Origin: Eledone cirrhosa
Lineage: Eukaryota
Length of the DNA: 64,000 nucleotides
Direction: 5' to 3'
Assembly (NCBI GenBank): GCA_964016885.1
Contig: OZ024741.1
Location: forward strand, 210,986,001 to 211,050,000
Shown: in pieces, positions 28,805 to 43,000 of the stretch
Position numbering within the stretch: the first letter of the stretch is position 1
Layout: every line of letters starts with the position of its first letter
The notes under the pieces: generated by a model
Told to the model about the DNA's origin: nothing
The model's database searches: none
What the model saw: only the letters and a program-made list of their open reading frames with translations
Program-made: the position numbers and the translations under genes

Positions 28805-31800
28805 CTCAGCCACAGTCCACCTATCTCAGCCTCAGTCCACTGTCTCAGTCTCAGTCCACTGTCTCAGCCACAGTCCACTGTCTCAGCCTCAGTCCACCTA
28901 TCTCAGCCACAGTCCACTTATCTCAGTCTCAGTCCACTGTCTCATCCTCAGTCAACCTATCTCAGCCACAGTCCACTGTCTCAGCCTCAGTCCACTGTCT
29001 CAGCCACAGTCCACAGTCTCAGCCTCAGTCCACCTATCTCAGTCTCAGTCCACCTATCTCAGTCTCAGTCCACCTATCTCAGCTTCAGTCCACCTATCTC
29101 AGCCACAGTCCACCTATCTCAGCCTCAGTCCACTGTCTCAGTCTCAGTCCACTGTCTCAGCCACAGTCCACTGTCTCAGCCACAGTCCACCTATCTCAGC
29201 CCCAGTCCACTGTCTCAGTCTCAGTCCACTGTCTCAGCCACAGTCCACCTATCTCAGCCACAGTCCACCTATCTCAGCCACAGACCACTTATCTCAGTCT
29301 CAGTCCACCTATCTCAGTCTCAGTCCACTGTCTCAGCCTCAGTCCACCTATCTCAGTCACAGTCCACCTATCTCAGTCTCAGTCCACTGTCTCAGCCACA
29401 GACCACTTATCTCAGTCTCAGTCCACCTATCTCAGTCTCAGTCCACCTATCTCAGCCTCAGTCCACCTATCTCAGCCACAGTCCACCTATCTCAGCCACA
29501 GTCCACTGTCTCATCCTCAGTCAACCTATCTCAGCCACAGTCCACAGTCTCAGCCTCAGTCCACCTATCTCAGCCACAGTCTCACTGTCTCAGCCTCAGT
29601 CCACTCTCTCAGCCACAGTCCACTTATGTCAGTCTCAGTCCACTGTCTCAGCCACAGTCCACTGTCTCAGCCTCAGTCCACTGTCTCAGCCACAGTCCAC
29701 AGTCTCAGCCTCAGTCCACCTATCTCAGTCTCAGTCCACCTATCTCAGTCTCAGTCCACCTATCTCAGCTTCAGTCCACCTGTCTCAGCCACAGTCCACC
29801 TATCTCAGCCTCAGTCCACTGTCTCAGTCTCAGTCCACTCTCTCAGCCACAGTCCACTGTCTCAGCCACAGTCCACCTATCTCAGCCTCAGTCCACTGTC
29901 TCAGTCTCAGTCCACTGTCTCAGCCACAGTCCACCTATCTCAGCCACAGTCCACCTATCTCAGCCACAGACCACTTATCTCAGTCTCAGTCCACCTATCT
30001 CAGTCTCAGTCCACTGTCTCAGCCTCAGTCCACCTATCTCAGTCACAGTCCACCTACCTCAGCCTCAGTTCACCTATCTCAGCCATAGTCCACCTATCTC
30101 AGCCACAGTCCACTGTCTCATCCTCAGTCAACCTATCTCAGCCTCAGTCCACCTATCTCAGCCACAGTCCACTGTCTCATCCTCAGTCAACCTATCTCAG
30201 CCACAGTCCACAGTCTCAGCCTCAGTCCACCTATCTCAGTCTCAGTCCACCTACCTCAGCCTCAGTCCACCTATCTCAGCCATAGTCCACCTATCTCAGC
30301 CACAGTCCACTGTCTCATCCTCAGTCAACCTATCTCAGCCACAGTCCACAGTCTCAGCCTCAGTCCACTGTCTCAGCCACAGTCCACTGTCTCAGCCTCA
30401 GTCCACTGTCTCAGCCTCAGTCCACCTATCTCAGCCACAGTCCACCTATCTCAGCCACAGTCCACTGTCTCAGCCTCAGTCCACCTATCTCAGCCACAGT
30501 CCACCTATCTCAGTCTCAGTCCACCTACCTCAGCCTCAGTCCACCTATCTCAGCCACAGTCCACGTATCTCAGCCACAGTCCACTATCTCAGCCTCAGTC
30601 CACTGTCTCAGTCTCAGTCCACAGTCTCAGCCACAGTCCACTGTCTCAGCCACAGTCCACCTATCTCAGCCACAGTCCACTGTCTCAGCCTCAGTCCACC
30701 TATCTCAGCCACAGTCCACCTATCTCAGCCACAGTCCACTGTCTCAGCCTCAGTCCACCTATCTCAGCCACAGTCCACCTATCTCAGCCACAGTCCACTG
30801 TCTCAGCCACAGTCCATTGTCTCAGCCTCAGTCCACTGTCTCAGCCTCAGTACACCTATCTCAGCTACAGTCCACTGTCTCAGCCTCAGTCCACCTATCT
30901 CAGCCACAGTCCACCTATCTCAGTCACAGTCCACTGTCTCAGCCACAGTCCACTGTCTCAGCCTCAGTCCACTGTCTCAGCCTCAGTCCACCTATCTCAG
31001 CAACAGACCACTGTCTCAGCCACAGTCCACTGTCTCAGCCTCAGTTCACTGTCTCAGCCACAGTCCACTGTCTCAGCTACAGTCCACTGTCTGAGCCACA
31101 GTCCATTGTCTCAGCCTCAGTCCACTGTCTCAGCCTCAGTACACCTATCTCAGCCACAGTCCACTGTCTCAGCCTCAGTCCACCTATCTCAGCCACAGTC
31201 CACCTATCTCAGCCACAGTCCACTAACTCAGCCACAGTCCATTGTCTCAGCCTCAGTCCACTGTCTCATCCTCAGTACACCTATCTCAGCCACAGTCCAC
31301 TGTCTCAGCCTCAGTCCACCTATCTCAGCCAGAGTCCACCGTCTCAGCCACAGTCCACTGTCTCAGCCACAGTCCACTGTCTCAGTCTCAGTCCACTGTC
31401 TCAGCCTCAGTCCACCTATCTCAGTCTCAGTCCACTGTCTCTGCCTCAGTCCACCTATCTCAGTCACAGTCCACTGTTTCAGCCACAGTCCACTGTCTCA
31501 GCCACAGTCCACCTATCTCAGCCACAGTCCACCTATCTCAGCCACAGTCCACTTATCTCAGTCTCAGTCCACTGTCTCAGCCACAGTCCACTGTCTCAGT
31601 CTCAGTCCACTGTCTCAGCCTCAGTCCACTGTCTCAGCCTCAGTCCACTGTCTTAGCATCAGTCCACCTATCTCAGTCTCAGTCCACTGTCTCAGCCACA
31701 GTCCACTGTCTCTATCTCGGTCCACCTATCTCAGCCACAGTCCACTGTCTCAGCCACAGTCCACTGTCTCAGCCACAGTCCACTGTCTCAGCTACAGTCC

Positions 31801-34549
31801 ACTGTCTCAGCCACAGTCCACTGTCTCAGCCTCAGACCACTGTCTCAGCCACAGTCCACTTATCTCAGCCTCAGTCCACTGTCTCAGTCTCAGTCCACCT
31901 ATCTCAGCCACAGTCCACTTATCTCAGCCACAGTCCACTGTCTCAGCCTCAGTCCACTGTCTCAGCCTCAGTCCACCTATCTCAGCCACAGTCCACTGTC
32001 TCAGCCACAGACCACTTATCTCAGTCTCAGTCCACCTATCTCAGCCACAGTCCACTTATCTCAGTCTCAGTCCACTGTCTCAGCCACAGTCCACTGTCTC
32101 ATCCTCAGTCCACCTATCTCAGCCACAGTCCACAGTCTCAGCCTCAGTCCACCTACCTCAGCCTCAGTCCACCTATCTCAGCCACAGTCCACGTATCTCA
32201 GCCACAGTCCACTGTCTCAGCCTCAGTCCACTGTCTCAGCCACAGTCCACTGTCTCAGCCTCAATACACCTATCTCAGCCACAGTCCACTGTCTCAGCCA
32301 CAGTCCACTGTCTCAGCCTCAGTCCACTGTCTCAGCCACAGTCCACCTATCTCAGCCACAGTCCACTGTCTCAGCCACAGTCCACCTATCTCAGCCTCAG
32401 TCCACTGTCTCAGTCTCAGTCCACTGTCTCAGCCACAGTCCACCTATCTCAGCCACAGTCCACCTATCTCAGCCACAGACCACTTATCTCAGTCTCAGTC
32501 CACCTATCTCAGTCTCAGTCCACTGTCTCAGCCTCAGTCCACCTATCTCAGTCACAGTCCACCTATCTCAGTCTCAGTCCACTGTCTCAGCCACAGACCA
32601 CTTATCTCAGTCTCAGTCCACCTATCTCAGTCTCAGTCCACCTATCTCAGCCTCAGTCCACCTATCTCAGCCACAGTCCACCTATCTCAGCCACAGTCCA
32701 CTGTCTCATCCTCAGTCAACCTATCTCAGCCACAGTCCACAGTCTCAGCCTCAGTCCACCTATCTCAGCCACAGTCTCACTGTCTCAGCCTCAGTCCACT
32801 CTCTCAGCCACAGTCCACTTATCTCAGTCTCAGTCCACTGTCTCAGCCACAGTCCACTGTCTCAGCCTCAGTCAGCCTATCTCAGCCACAGTCCACTGTC
32901 TCAGCCTCAGTCCACTGTCTCAGCCACAGTCCACAGTCTCAGCCTCAGTCCACCTATCTCAGTCTCAGTCCACCTATCTCAGTCTCAGTCCACCTATCTC
33001 AGCTTCAGTCCACCTATCTCAGCCACAGTCCACCTATCTCAGCCTCAGTCCACTGTCTCAGTCTCAGTCCACTGTCTCAGCCACAGTCCACTGTCTCAGC
33101 CACAGTCCACCTATCTCAGCCACAGTCCACCTATCTCAGCCACAGACCACTTATCTCAGTTTCAGTCCACCTATCTCAGTCTCAGTCCACTGTCTCAGCC
33201 TCAGTCCACCTATCTCAGCCACAGTCCACCTATCTCAGCCTCAGTCCACTGTCTCAGTCTCAGTCCACTGTCTCAGCCACAGTCCACCTATCTCAGCCAC
33301 AGTCCACCTATCTGAGCCACAGACCACTTATCTCAGTCTCAGTCCACCTATCTCAGTCTCAGTCCACTGTCTCAGCCTCAGTCCACCTATCTCAGTCACA
33401 GTCCACCTATCTCAGTCTCAGTCCACTGTCTCAGCCACAGACCACTTATCTCAGTCTCAGTCCACCTATCTCAGTCTCAGTCCACCTATCTCAGCCTCAG
33501 TCCACCTATCTCAGCCACAGTCCACCTATCTCAGCCACAGTCCACTGTCTCATCCTCAGTCAACCTATCTCAGCCACAGTCCACAGTCTCAGCCTCAGTC
33601 CACCTATCTCAGCCACAGTCTCACTGTCTCAGCCTCAGTCCACTCTCTCAGCCACATTCCACTTATCTCAGTCTCAGTCCACTGTCTCAGCCACAGTCCA
33701 CTGTCTCAGCCTCAGTCCACCTATCTCAGCCACAGTCCACTGTCTCAGCCTCAGTCCACTGTCTCAGCCACAGTCCACAGTCTCAGCCTCAGTCCACCTA
33801 TCTCAGTCTCAGTCCACCTATCTCAGTCTCAGTCCACCTATCTCAGCTTCAGTCCACCTATCTCAGCCACAGTCCACCTATCTCAGCCTCAGTCCACTGT
33901 CTCAGTCTCAGTCCACTGTCTCAGCCACAGTCCACTGTCTCAGCCACAGTCCACCTATCTCAGCCACAGTCCACCTATCTCAGCCACAGACCACTTATCT
34001 CAGTCTCAGTCCACCTATCTCAGTGTCAGTCCACTGTCTCAGCCTCAGTCCACCTATCTCAGTCACAGTCCACCTATCTCAGTCTCAGTCCACTGTCTCA
34101 GCCACAGACGACTTATCTCAGTCTCAGTCCACCTATCTCAGTCTCAGTCCATCTATCTCAGCCTCAGTCCACCTATCTCAGCCCCACCACAGTCCACCTA
34201 TCTCAGCCACAGTCCACTGTCTCATCCTCAGTCAACCTATCTCAGCCACAGTCCACAGTCTCAGCCTCAGTCCACCTATCTCAGCCACAGTCTCACTGTC
34301 TCAGCCTCAGTCCACTCTCTCAGCCACAGTCCACTTATCTCAGTCTCAGTCCACTGTCTCAGCCACAGTCCACTGTCTCAGCCTCAGTCCACTGTCTCAG
34401 CCACGGTCCACAGTCTCAGCCTCAGTCCACCTATCTCAGTCTCAGTCCACCTATCTCAGTCTCAGTCCACCTATCTCAGCTTCAGTCCACCTATCTCAGC
34501 CACAGTCCACCTATCTCAGCCTCAGTCCACTGTCTCAGTCTCAGTCCAC

Positions 34550-37500
34550 TGTCTCAGCCACAGTCCACTGTCTCAGCCTCAGTCCACTGTCTTAGCCTCA
34601 GTCCACCTATCTCAGTCTCAGTTCACTGTCTCAGCCACAGTCCACTGTCTCTATCTCGGTCCACCTATCTCAGCCACAGTCCACTGTCTCAGCCACAGTC
34701 CACTGTCTCAGCCACAGTCCACTGTCTCAGCTACAGTCCACTGTCTCAGCCACAGTCCACTGTCTCAGCCTCAGTCCACTGTCTCAGCCACAGTCCACTT
34801 ATCTCAGCCTCAGTCCACTGTCTCAGTCTCAGTCCACCTATCTCAGCCACAGTCCACTTATCTCAGCCACAGTCCACTGTCTCAGCCTCAGTCCACTGTC
34901 TCAGCCACAGTCCACTGTCTCAGCCACAGACCACTTATCTCAGTCTCAGTCCACCTATCTCAGCCACAGTCCACTTATCTCAGTCTCAGTCCACTGTCTC
35001 ATCCTCAGTCAACCTATCTCAGCCACAGTCCACTGTCTCAGCCTCAGTCCACTGTCTCAGCCACAGTCCACTGTCTCATCCTCAGTCCACCTATCTCAGC
35101 CACAGTCCACAGTCTCAGCCTCAGTCCACCTACCTCAGCCTCAGTCCACCTATCTCAGCCACAGTCCACGTATCTCAGCCACAGTCCACTGTCTCAGCCA
35201 CAGTCCACTGTCTCAGCCTCAATACACCTATCTCAGCCACAGTCCACTGTCTCAGCCACAGTCCACTGTCTCAGCCTCAGTCCACTGTCTCAGCCACAGT
35301 CCACTTATCTCAGCCACAGTCCACTGTCTCAGCCACAGTCCACCTATCTCAGCCTCAGTCCACTGTCTCAGTCTCAGTCCACTGTCTCAGCCACAGTCCA
35401 CTGTCTCAGCCTCAGTCCACCTATCTCAGCCACAGTCCACTTATCTCAGTCTCAGTCCACTGTCTCATCCTCAGTCAACCTATATCAGCCACAGTCCACT
35501 GTCTCAGCCTCAGTCCACTGTCTCAGCCACAGTCCACAGTCTCAGCCTCAGTCCACCTATCTCAGTCTCAGTCCACCTATCTCAGTCTCAGTCCACCTAT
35601 CTCAGCTTCAGTCCACCTATCTCAGCCACAGTCCACCTATCTCAGCCTCAGTACACTGTCTCAGTCTCAGTCCACTGTCTCAGCCACAGTCCACTGACTC
35701 AGCCACAGTCCACCTATCTCAGCCCCAGTCCACTGTCTCAGTCTCAGTCCACTGTCTCAGCCACAGTCCACCTATCTCAGCCACAGTCCACCTATCTCAG
35801 CCACAGACCACTTATCTCAGTCTCAGTCCACCTATCTCAGTCTCAGTCCACTGTCTCAGCCTCAGTCCACCTATCTCAGTCACAGTCCACCTATCTCAGT
35901 CTCAGTCCACTGTCTCAGCCACAGACCACTTATCTCAGTCTCAGTCCACCTATCTCAGTCTCAGTCCACCTATCTCAGCCTCAGTCCACCTATCTCAGCC
36001 ACAGTCCACTGTCTCATCCTCAGTCAACCTATCTCAGCCACAGTCCACAGTCTCAGCCTCAGTCCACCTATCTCAGCCACAGTCTCACTGTCTCAGCCTC
36101 AGTCCACTCTCTCAGCCACAGTCCACTTATCTCAGTCTCAGTCCACTGTCTCAGCCACAGTCCACTGTCTCAGCCTCAGTCCACTGTCTCAGCCACGGTC
36201 CACAGTCTCAGCCTCAGTCCACCTATTTCAGTCTCAGTCCACCTATCTCAGTCTCAGTCCACCTATCTCAGCTTCAGTCCACCTATCTCAGCCACAGTAC
36301 ACCTATCTCAGCCTCAGTCCACTGTCTCAGTCTCAGTCCACTGTCTCAGCCACAGTCCACTGTCTCAGCCTCAGTCCACTGTCTTAGCCTCAGTCCACCT
36401 ATCTCAGTCTCAGTTCACTGTCTCAGCCACAGTCCACTGTCTCTATCTCGGTCCACCTATCTCAGCCACAGTCCACTGTCTCAGCCACAGTCCACTGTCT
36501 CAGCCACAGTCCACTGTCTCAGCTACAGTCCACTGTCTCAGCCACAGTCCACTGTCTCAGCCTCAGTCCACTGTCTCAGCCACAGTCCACTTATCTCAGC
36601 CTCAGTCCACTGTCTCAGTCTCAGTCCACCTATCTCAGCCACAGTCCACTTATCTCAGCCACAGTCCACTGTCTCAGCCTCAGTCCACTGTCTCAGCCAC
36701 AGTCCACTGTCTCAGCCACAGACCACTTATCTCAGTCTCAGTCCACCTATCTCAGCCACAGTCCACTTATCTCAGTCTCAGTCCACTGTCTCAGCCACAG
36801 TCCACTGTCTCATCCTCAGTCCACCTATCTCAGCCACAGTCCACAGTCTCAGCCTCAGTCCACCTACCTCAGCCTCAGTCCACCTATCTCAGCCACAGTC
36901 CACGTATCTCAGCCACAGTCCACTGTCTCAGCCACAGTCCACTGTCTCAGCCTCAATACACCTATCTCAGCCACAGTCCACTGTCTCAGCCACAGTCCAC
37001 TGTCTCAGCCTCAGTCCACTGTCTCAGCCACAGTCCACCTATCTCAGCCACAGTCCACTGTCTCAGCCACAGTCCACCTATCTCAGCCTCAGTCCACTGT
37101 CTCAGTCTCAGTCCACTGTCTCAGCCACAGTCCACTGTCTCAGCCTCAGTCCACCTATCTCAGCCACAGTCCACTTATCTCAGTCTCAGTCCACTGTCTC
37201 ATCCTCAGTCAACCTATCTCAGCCACAGTCCACTGTCTCAGCCTCAGTCCACTGTCTCAGCCACAGTCCACAGTCTCAGCCTCAGTCCACCTATCTCAGT
37301 CTCAGTCCACCTATCTCAGTCTCAGTCCACCTATCTCAGCTTCAGTCCACCTATCTCAGCCACAGTCCACCTATCTCAGCCTCAGTCCACTGTCTCAGTC
37401 TCAGTCCACTGTCTCAGCCACAGTCCACTGACTCAGCCACAGTCCACCTATCTCAGCCCCAGTCCACTGTCTCAGTCTCAGTCCACTGTCTCAGCCACAG

Positions 37501-38050
37501 TCCACCTATCTCAGCCACAGTCCACCTATCTCAGCCACAGACCACTTATCTCAGTCTCAGTCCACCTATCTCAGTCTCAGTCCACTGTCTCAGCCTCAGT
37601 CCACCTATCTCAGTCACAGTCCACCTATCTCAGTCTCAGTCCACTGTCTCAGCCACAGACCACTTATCTCAGTCTCAGTCCACCTATCTCAGTCTCAGTC
37701 CACCTATCTCAGCCTCAGTCCACCTATCTCAGCCACAGTCCACCTATCTCAGCCACAGTCCACTGTCTCATCCTCAGTCAACCTATCTCAGCCACAGTCC
37801 ACAGTCTCAGCCTCAGTCCACCTATCTCAGCCACAGTCTCACTGTCTCAGCCTCAGTCCACTCTCTCAGCCACAGTCCACTTATGTCAGTCTCAGTCCAC
37901 TGTCTCAGCCACAGTCCACTGTCTCAGCCTCAGTCTACTGTCTCAGCCACAGTCCACAGTCTCAGCCTCAGTCCACCTATCTCAGTCTCAGTCCACCTAT
38001 CTCAGTCTCAGTCCACCTATCTCAGCTTCAGTCCACCTATCTCAGCCACA
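34550..38050 (+). repeat. Imperfect tandem duplication of about 1.73-1.79 kb
   Basis: TGACTCA 35695->37429 (1734) and tctatctcgg 34650->36442 (1792). The difference of 58 bp equals three monomers. Confidence 0.75.
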
Positions 38051-40099
38051 GTCCACCTATCTCAGCCTCAGTCCACTGTCTCAGTCTCAGTCCACTCTCT
38101 CAGCCACAGTCCACTGTCTCAGCCACAGTCCACCTATCTCAGCCTCAGTCCACTGTCTCAGTCTCAGTCCACTGTCTCAGCCACAGTCCACCTATCTCAG
38201 CCACAGTCCACCTATCTCAGCCACAGACCACTTATCTCAGTCTCAGTCCACCTATCTCAGTCTCAGTCCACTGTCTCAGCCTCAGTCCACCTATCTCAGT
38301 CACAGTCCACCTATCTCAGTCTCAGTCCACTGTCTCAGCCACAGACCACTTATCTCAGTCTCAGTCCACCTATCTCAGCCTCAGTCCACCTATCTCAGCC
38401 ACAGTCCACCTATCTCAGCCACAGTCCACTGTCTCATCCTCAGTCAACCTATCTCAGCCACAGTCCACTGTCTCAGCCTCAGTCCACCTATCTCAGCCAC
38501 AGTCCACTGTCTCAGCCTCAGTCCACTGTCTCAGCCACAGTCCACAGTCTCAGCCTCAGTCCACCTATCTCAGTCTCAGTCCACCTATCTCAGTCTCAGT
38601 CCACCTATCTCAGCTTCAGTCCACCTATCTCAGCCACAGTCCACCTATCTCAGCCTCAGTCCACTGTCTCAGTCTCAGTCCACTGTCTCAGCCACAGTCC
38701 ACTGTCTCAGCCACAGTCCACCTATCTCAGCCACAGTCCACCTATCTCAGCCACAGACCACTTATCTCAGTCTCAGTCCACCTATCTCAGTCTCAGTCCA
38801 CTGTCTCAGCCTCAGTCCACCTATCTCAGTCACAGTCCACCTATCTCAGTCTCAGTCCACTGTCTCAGCCACAGACGACTTATCTCAGTCTCAGTCCACC
38901 TATCTCAGTCTCAGTCCACCTATCTCAGCCTCAGTCCACCTATCTCAGCCACACCACAGTCCACCTATCTCAGCCACAGTCCACTGTCTCATCCTCAGTC
39001 AACCTATCTCAGCCACAGTCCACAGTCTCAGCCTCAGTCCACCTATCTCAGCCACAGTCTCACTGTCTCAGCCTCAGTCCACTCTCTCAGCCACAGTCCA
39101 CTTATCTCAGTCTCAGTCCACTGTCTCAGCCACAGTCCACTGTCTCAGCCTCAGTCCACTGTCTCAGCCACGGTCCACAGTCTCAGCCTCAGTCCACCTA
39201 TCTCAGTCTCAGTCCACCTATCTCAGTCTCAGTCCACCTATCTCAGCTTCAGTCCACCTATCTCAGCCACAGTCCACCTATCTCAGCCTCAGTCCACTGT
39301 CTCAGTCTCAGTCCACTGTCTCAGCCACAGTCCACTGTCTCAGCCTCAGTCCACTGTCTTAGCCTCAGTCCACCTATCTCAGTCTCAGTTCACTGTCTCA
39401 GCCACAGTCCACTGTCTCTATCTCGGTCCACCTATCTCAGCCACAGTCCACTGTCTCAGCCACAGTCCACTGTCTCAGCCACAGTCCACTGTCTCAGCTA
39501 CAGTCCACTGTCTCAGCCACAGTCCACTGTCTCAGCCTCAGTCCACTGTCTCAGCCACAGTCCACTTATCTCAGCCTCAGTCCACTGTCTCAGTCTCAGT
39601 CCACCTATCTCAGCCACAGTCCACTTATCTCAGCCACAGTCCACTGTCTCAGCCTCAGTCCACTGTCTCAGCCACAGTCCACTGTCTCAGCCACAGACCA
39701 CTTATCTCAGTCTCAGTCCACCTATCTCAGTCTCAGTCCACTGTCTCAGCCTCAGTCCACCTATCTCAGTCACAGTCCACCTATCTCAGTCTCAGTCCAC
39801 TGTCTCAGCCACAGACCACTTATCTCAGTCTCAGTCCACCTATCTCAGCCTCAGTCCACCTATCTCAGCCACAGTCCACCTATCTCAGCCACAGTCCACT
39901 GTCTCATCCTCAGTCAACCTATCTCAGCCACAGTCCACAGTCTCAGCCTCAGTCCACCTATCTCAGTCTCAGTCCACCTACCTCAGCCTCAGTCCACCTA
40001 TCTCAGCCATAGTCCACCTATCTCAGCCACAGTCCACTGTCTCATCCTCAGTCAACCTATCTCAGCCACAGTCCACAGTCTCAGCCTCAGTCCACTGTC

Positions 40100-43000
40100 T
40101 CAGTCTCAGTCCACTGTCTCAGCCACAGTCCACTGTCTCAGCCTCAGTACACCTATCTCAGCCACAGTCCACTGTCTCAGCCTCAGTACACCTATCTCAG
40201 TCTCAGTCCACTGTCTCAGCCTCAGTCCACTGTCTCAGCCACAATCCACCTAACTCAGCCAGAGTCCACTGTCTCAGCCACAGTCCACCTATCTCAGCCT
40301 CAGTCCACTGTCTCAGCCTCAGTCCACCTATCTCAGCCACAGTCCACATATCTCAGTCTCAGTCCACCTACCTCAGCCTCAGTCCACCTATCTCAGCCAC
40401 AGTCCACGTATCTCAGCCACAGTCCACTGTCTCAGCCTCAGTCCACTGTCTCAGCCTCAGTCCACCTATCTCAGCCACAGTCCACCTATCTCAGCCACAG
40501 TCCACTGTCTCAGCCTCAGTCCACCTATCTCAGCCACAGTCCACATATCTCAGTCTCAGTCCACCTACCTCAGCCTCAGTCCACCTATCTCAGCCACAGT
40601 CCACGTATCTCAGCCACAGTCCACTATCTCAGCCTCAGTCCACTGTCTCAGTCTCAGTCCACAGTCTCAGCCACAGTCCACTGTCTCAGCCACGGTCCAC
40701 CTATCTCAGCCACAGTCCACTGTCTCAGCCTCAGTCCACCTATCTCAGCAACAGTCCACCTATCTCAGCCACAGTCCACTGTCTCAGCCTCAGTCCACCT
40801 ATCTCAGCCACAGTCCACCTATCTCAGCCACAGTCCACTGTCTCAGCCACAGTCCATTGTCTCAGCCTCAGTCCACTGTCTCAGCCTCAGTACACCTATC
40901 TCAGCCACAGTCCACCTATCTCAGCCACAGTCCACTGTCTCAGCCACAGTCCACTGTCTCAGCCTCAGTCCACTGTCTCAGCCTCAGTCCACCTATCTCA
41001 GCAACAGTCCACTGTCTCAGCCACAGTCCACTGTCTCAGCCTCAGTTCACTGTCTCAGCGACAGTCCACTGTCTCAGCTACAGTCCACTGTCTGAGCCAC
41101 AGTCCATTGTCTCAGCCTCAGTCCACTGTCTCAGCCTCAGTACACCTATCTCAGCCACAGTCCACTGTCTCAGCCTCAGTCCACCTATCTCAGCCACAGT
41201 CCACCTATCTCAGCCACAGTCCACTGTCTCAGCCACAGTCCATTGTCTCAGCCTCAGTCCACTGTCTCATCCTCACTACACCTATCTCAGCCACAGTCCA
41301 CTGTCTCAGCCTCAGTCCACCTATCTCAGCCACAGTCCACCTATCTCAGCCACAGTCCACTGTCTCAGCCACAGTCCATTGTCTCAGCCTCAGTCCACCG
41401 TCTCAGCCTCAGTACACCTATCTCAGCCACAGTCCACTGTCTCAGTCACAATCCACCTATCTCAGCCAGAGTCCACCGTCTCAGCCACAGTCCACTGTCT
41501 CAGCCACAGTCCACTGTCTCAGTCTCAGTCCACTGTCTCAGCCTCAGTCCACCTATCTCAGTCTCAGTCCACTGTCTCTGCCTCAGTCCACCTATCTCAG
41601 TCACAGTCCACTGTCTCAGCCACAGTCCACTGTCTCAGCCACAGTCCACCTATCTCAGCCACAGTCCACCTATCTCAGCCACAGTCCACTTATCTCAGTC
41701 TCAGTCCACTGTCTCAGCCACAGTCCACTGTCTCAGTCTCAGTCCACTGTCTCAGCCTCAGTCCACTGTCTCAGCCTCAGTCCACTGTCTTAGCCTCAGT
41801 CCACCTATCTCAGTCTCAGTCCACTGTCTCAGCCACAGTCCACTGTCTCTATCTCGGTCCACCTATCTCAGCCACAGTCCACTGTCTCAGCCACAGTCCA
41901 CTGTCTCAGCCACAGTCCACTGTCTCAGCTACAGTCCACTGTCTCAGCCACAGTCCACTGTCTCAGCCTCAGTCCACTGTCTCAGCCACAGTCCACTTAT
42001 CTCAGCCTCAGTCCACTGTCTCAGTCTCAGTCCACCTATCTCAGCCACAGTCCACTTATCTCAGCCACAGTCCACTGTCTCAGCCTCAGTCCACTGTCTC
42101 AGCCTCAGTCCACCTATCTCAGCCACAGTCCACTGTCTCAGCCACAGACCACTTATCTCAGTCTCAGTCCACCTATCTCAGCCACAGTCCACTTATCTCA
42201 GTCTCAGTCCACTGTCTCAGCCACAGTCCACTGTCTCATCCTCAGTCCACCTATCTCAGCCACAGTCCACAGTCTCAGCCTCAGTCCACCTACCTCAGCC
42301 TCAGTCCACCTATCTCAGCCACAGTCCACGTATCTCAGCCACAGTCCACTGTCTCAGCCTCAGTCCACTGTCTCAGCCACAGTCCACTGTCTCAGCCTCA
42401 ATACACCTATCTCAGCCACAGTCCACTGTCTCAGCCACAGTCCACTGTCTCAGCCTCAGTCCACTGTCTCAGCCACAGTCCACCTATCTCAGCCACAGTC
42501 CACTGTCTCAGCCACAGTCCACCTATCTCAGCCTCAGTCCACTGTCTCAGGCTCAGTCCACTGTCTCAGCCACAGTCCACCTATCTCAGCCACAGTCCAC
42601 CTATCTCAGCCACAGACCACTTATCTCAGTCTCAGTCCACCTATCTCAGTCTCAGTCCACTGTCTCAGCCTCAGTCCACCTATCTCAGTCACAGTCCACC
42701 TATCTCAGTCTCAGTCCACTGTCTCAGCCACAGACCACTTATCTCAGTCTCAGTCCACCTATCTCAGTCTCAGTCCACCTATCTCAGCCTCAGTCCACCT
42801 ATCTCAGCCACAGTCCACCTATCTCAGCCACAGTCCACTGTCTCATCCTCAGTCAACCTATCTCAGCCACAGTCCACAGTCTCAGCCTCAGTCCACCTAT
42901 CTCAGCCACAGTCTCACTGTCTCAGCCTCAGTCCACTCTCTCAGCCACAGTCCACTTATCTCAGTCTCAGTCCACTGTCTCAGCCACAGTCCACTGTCTC

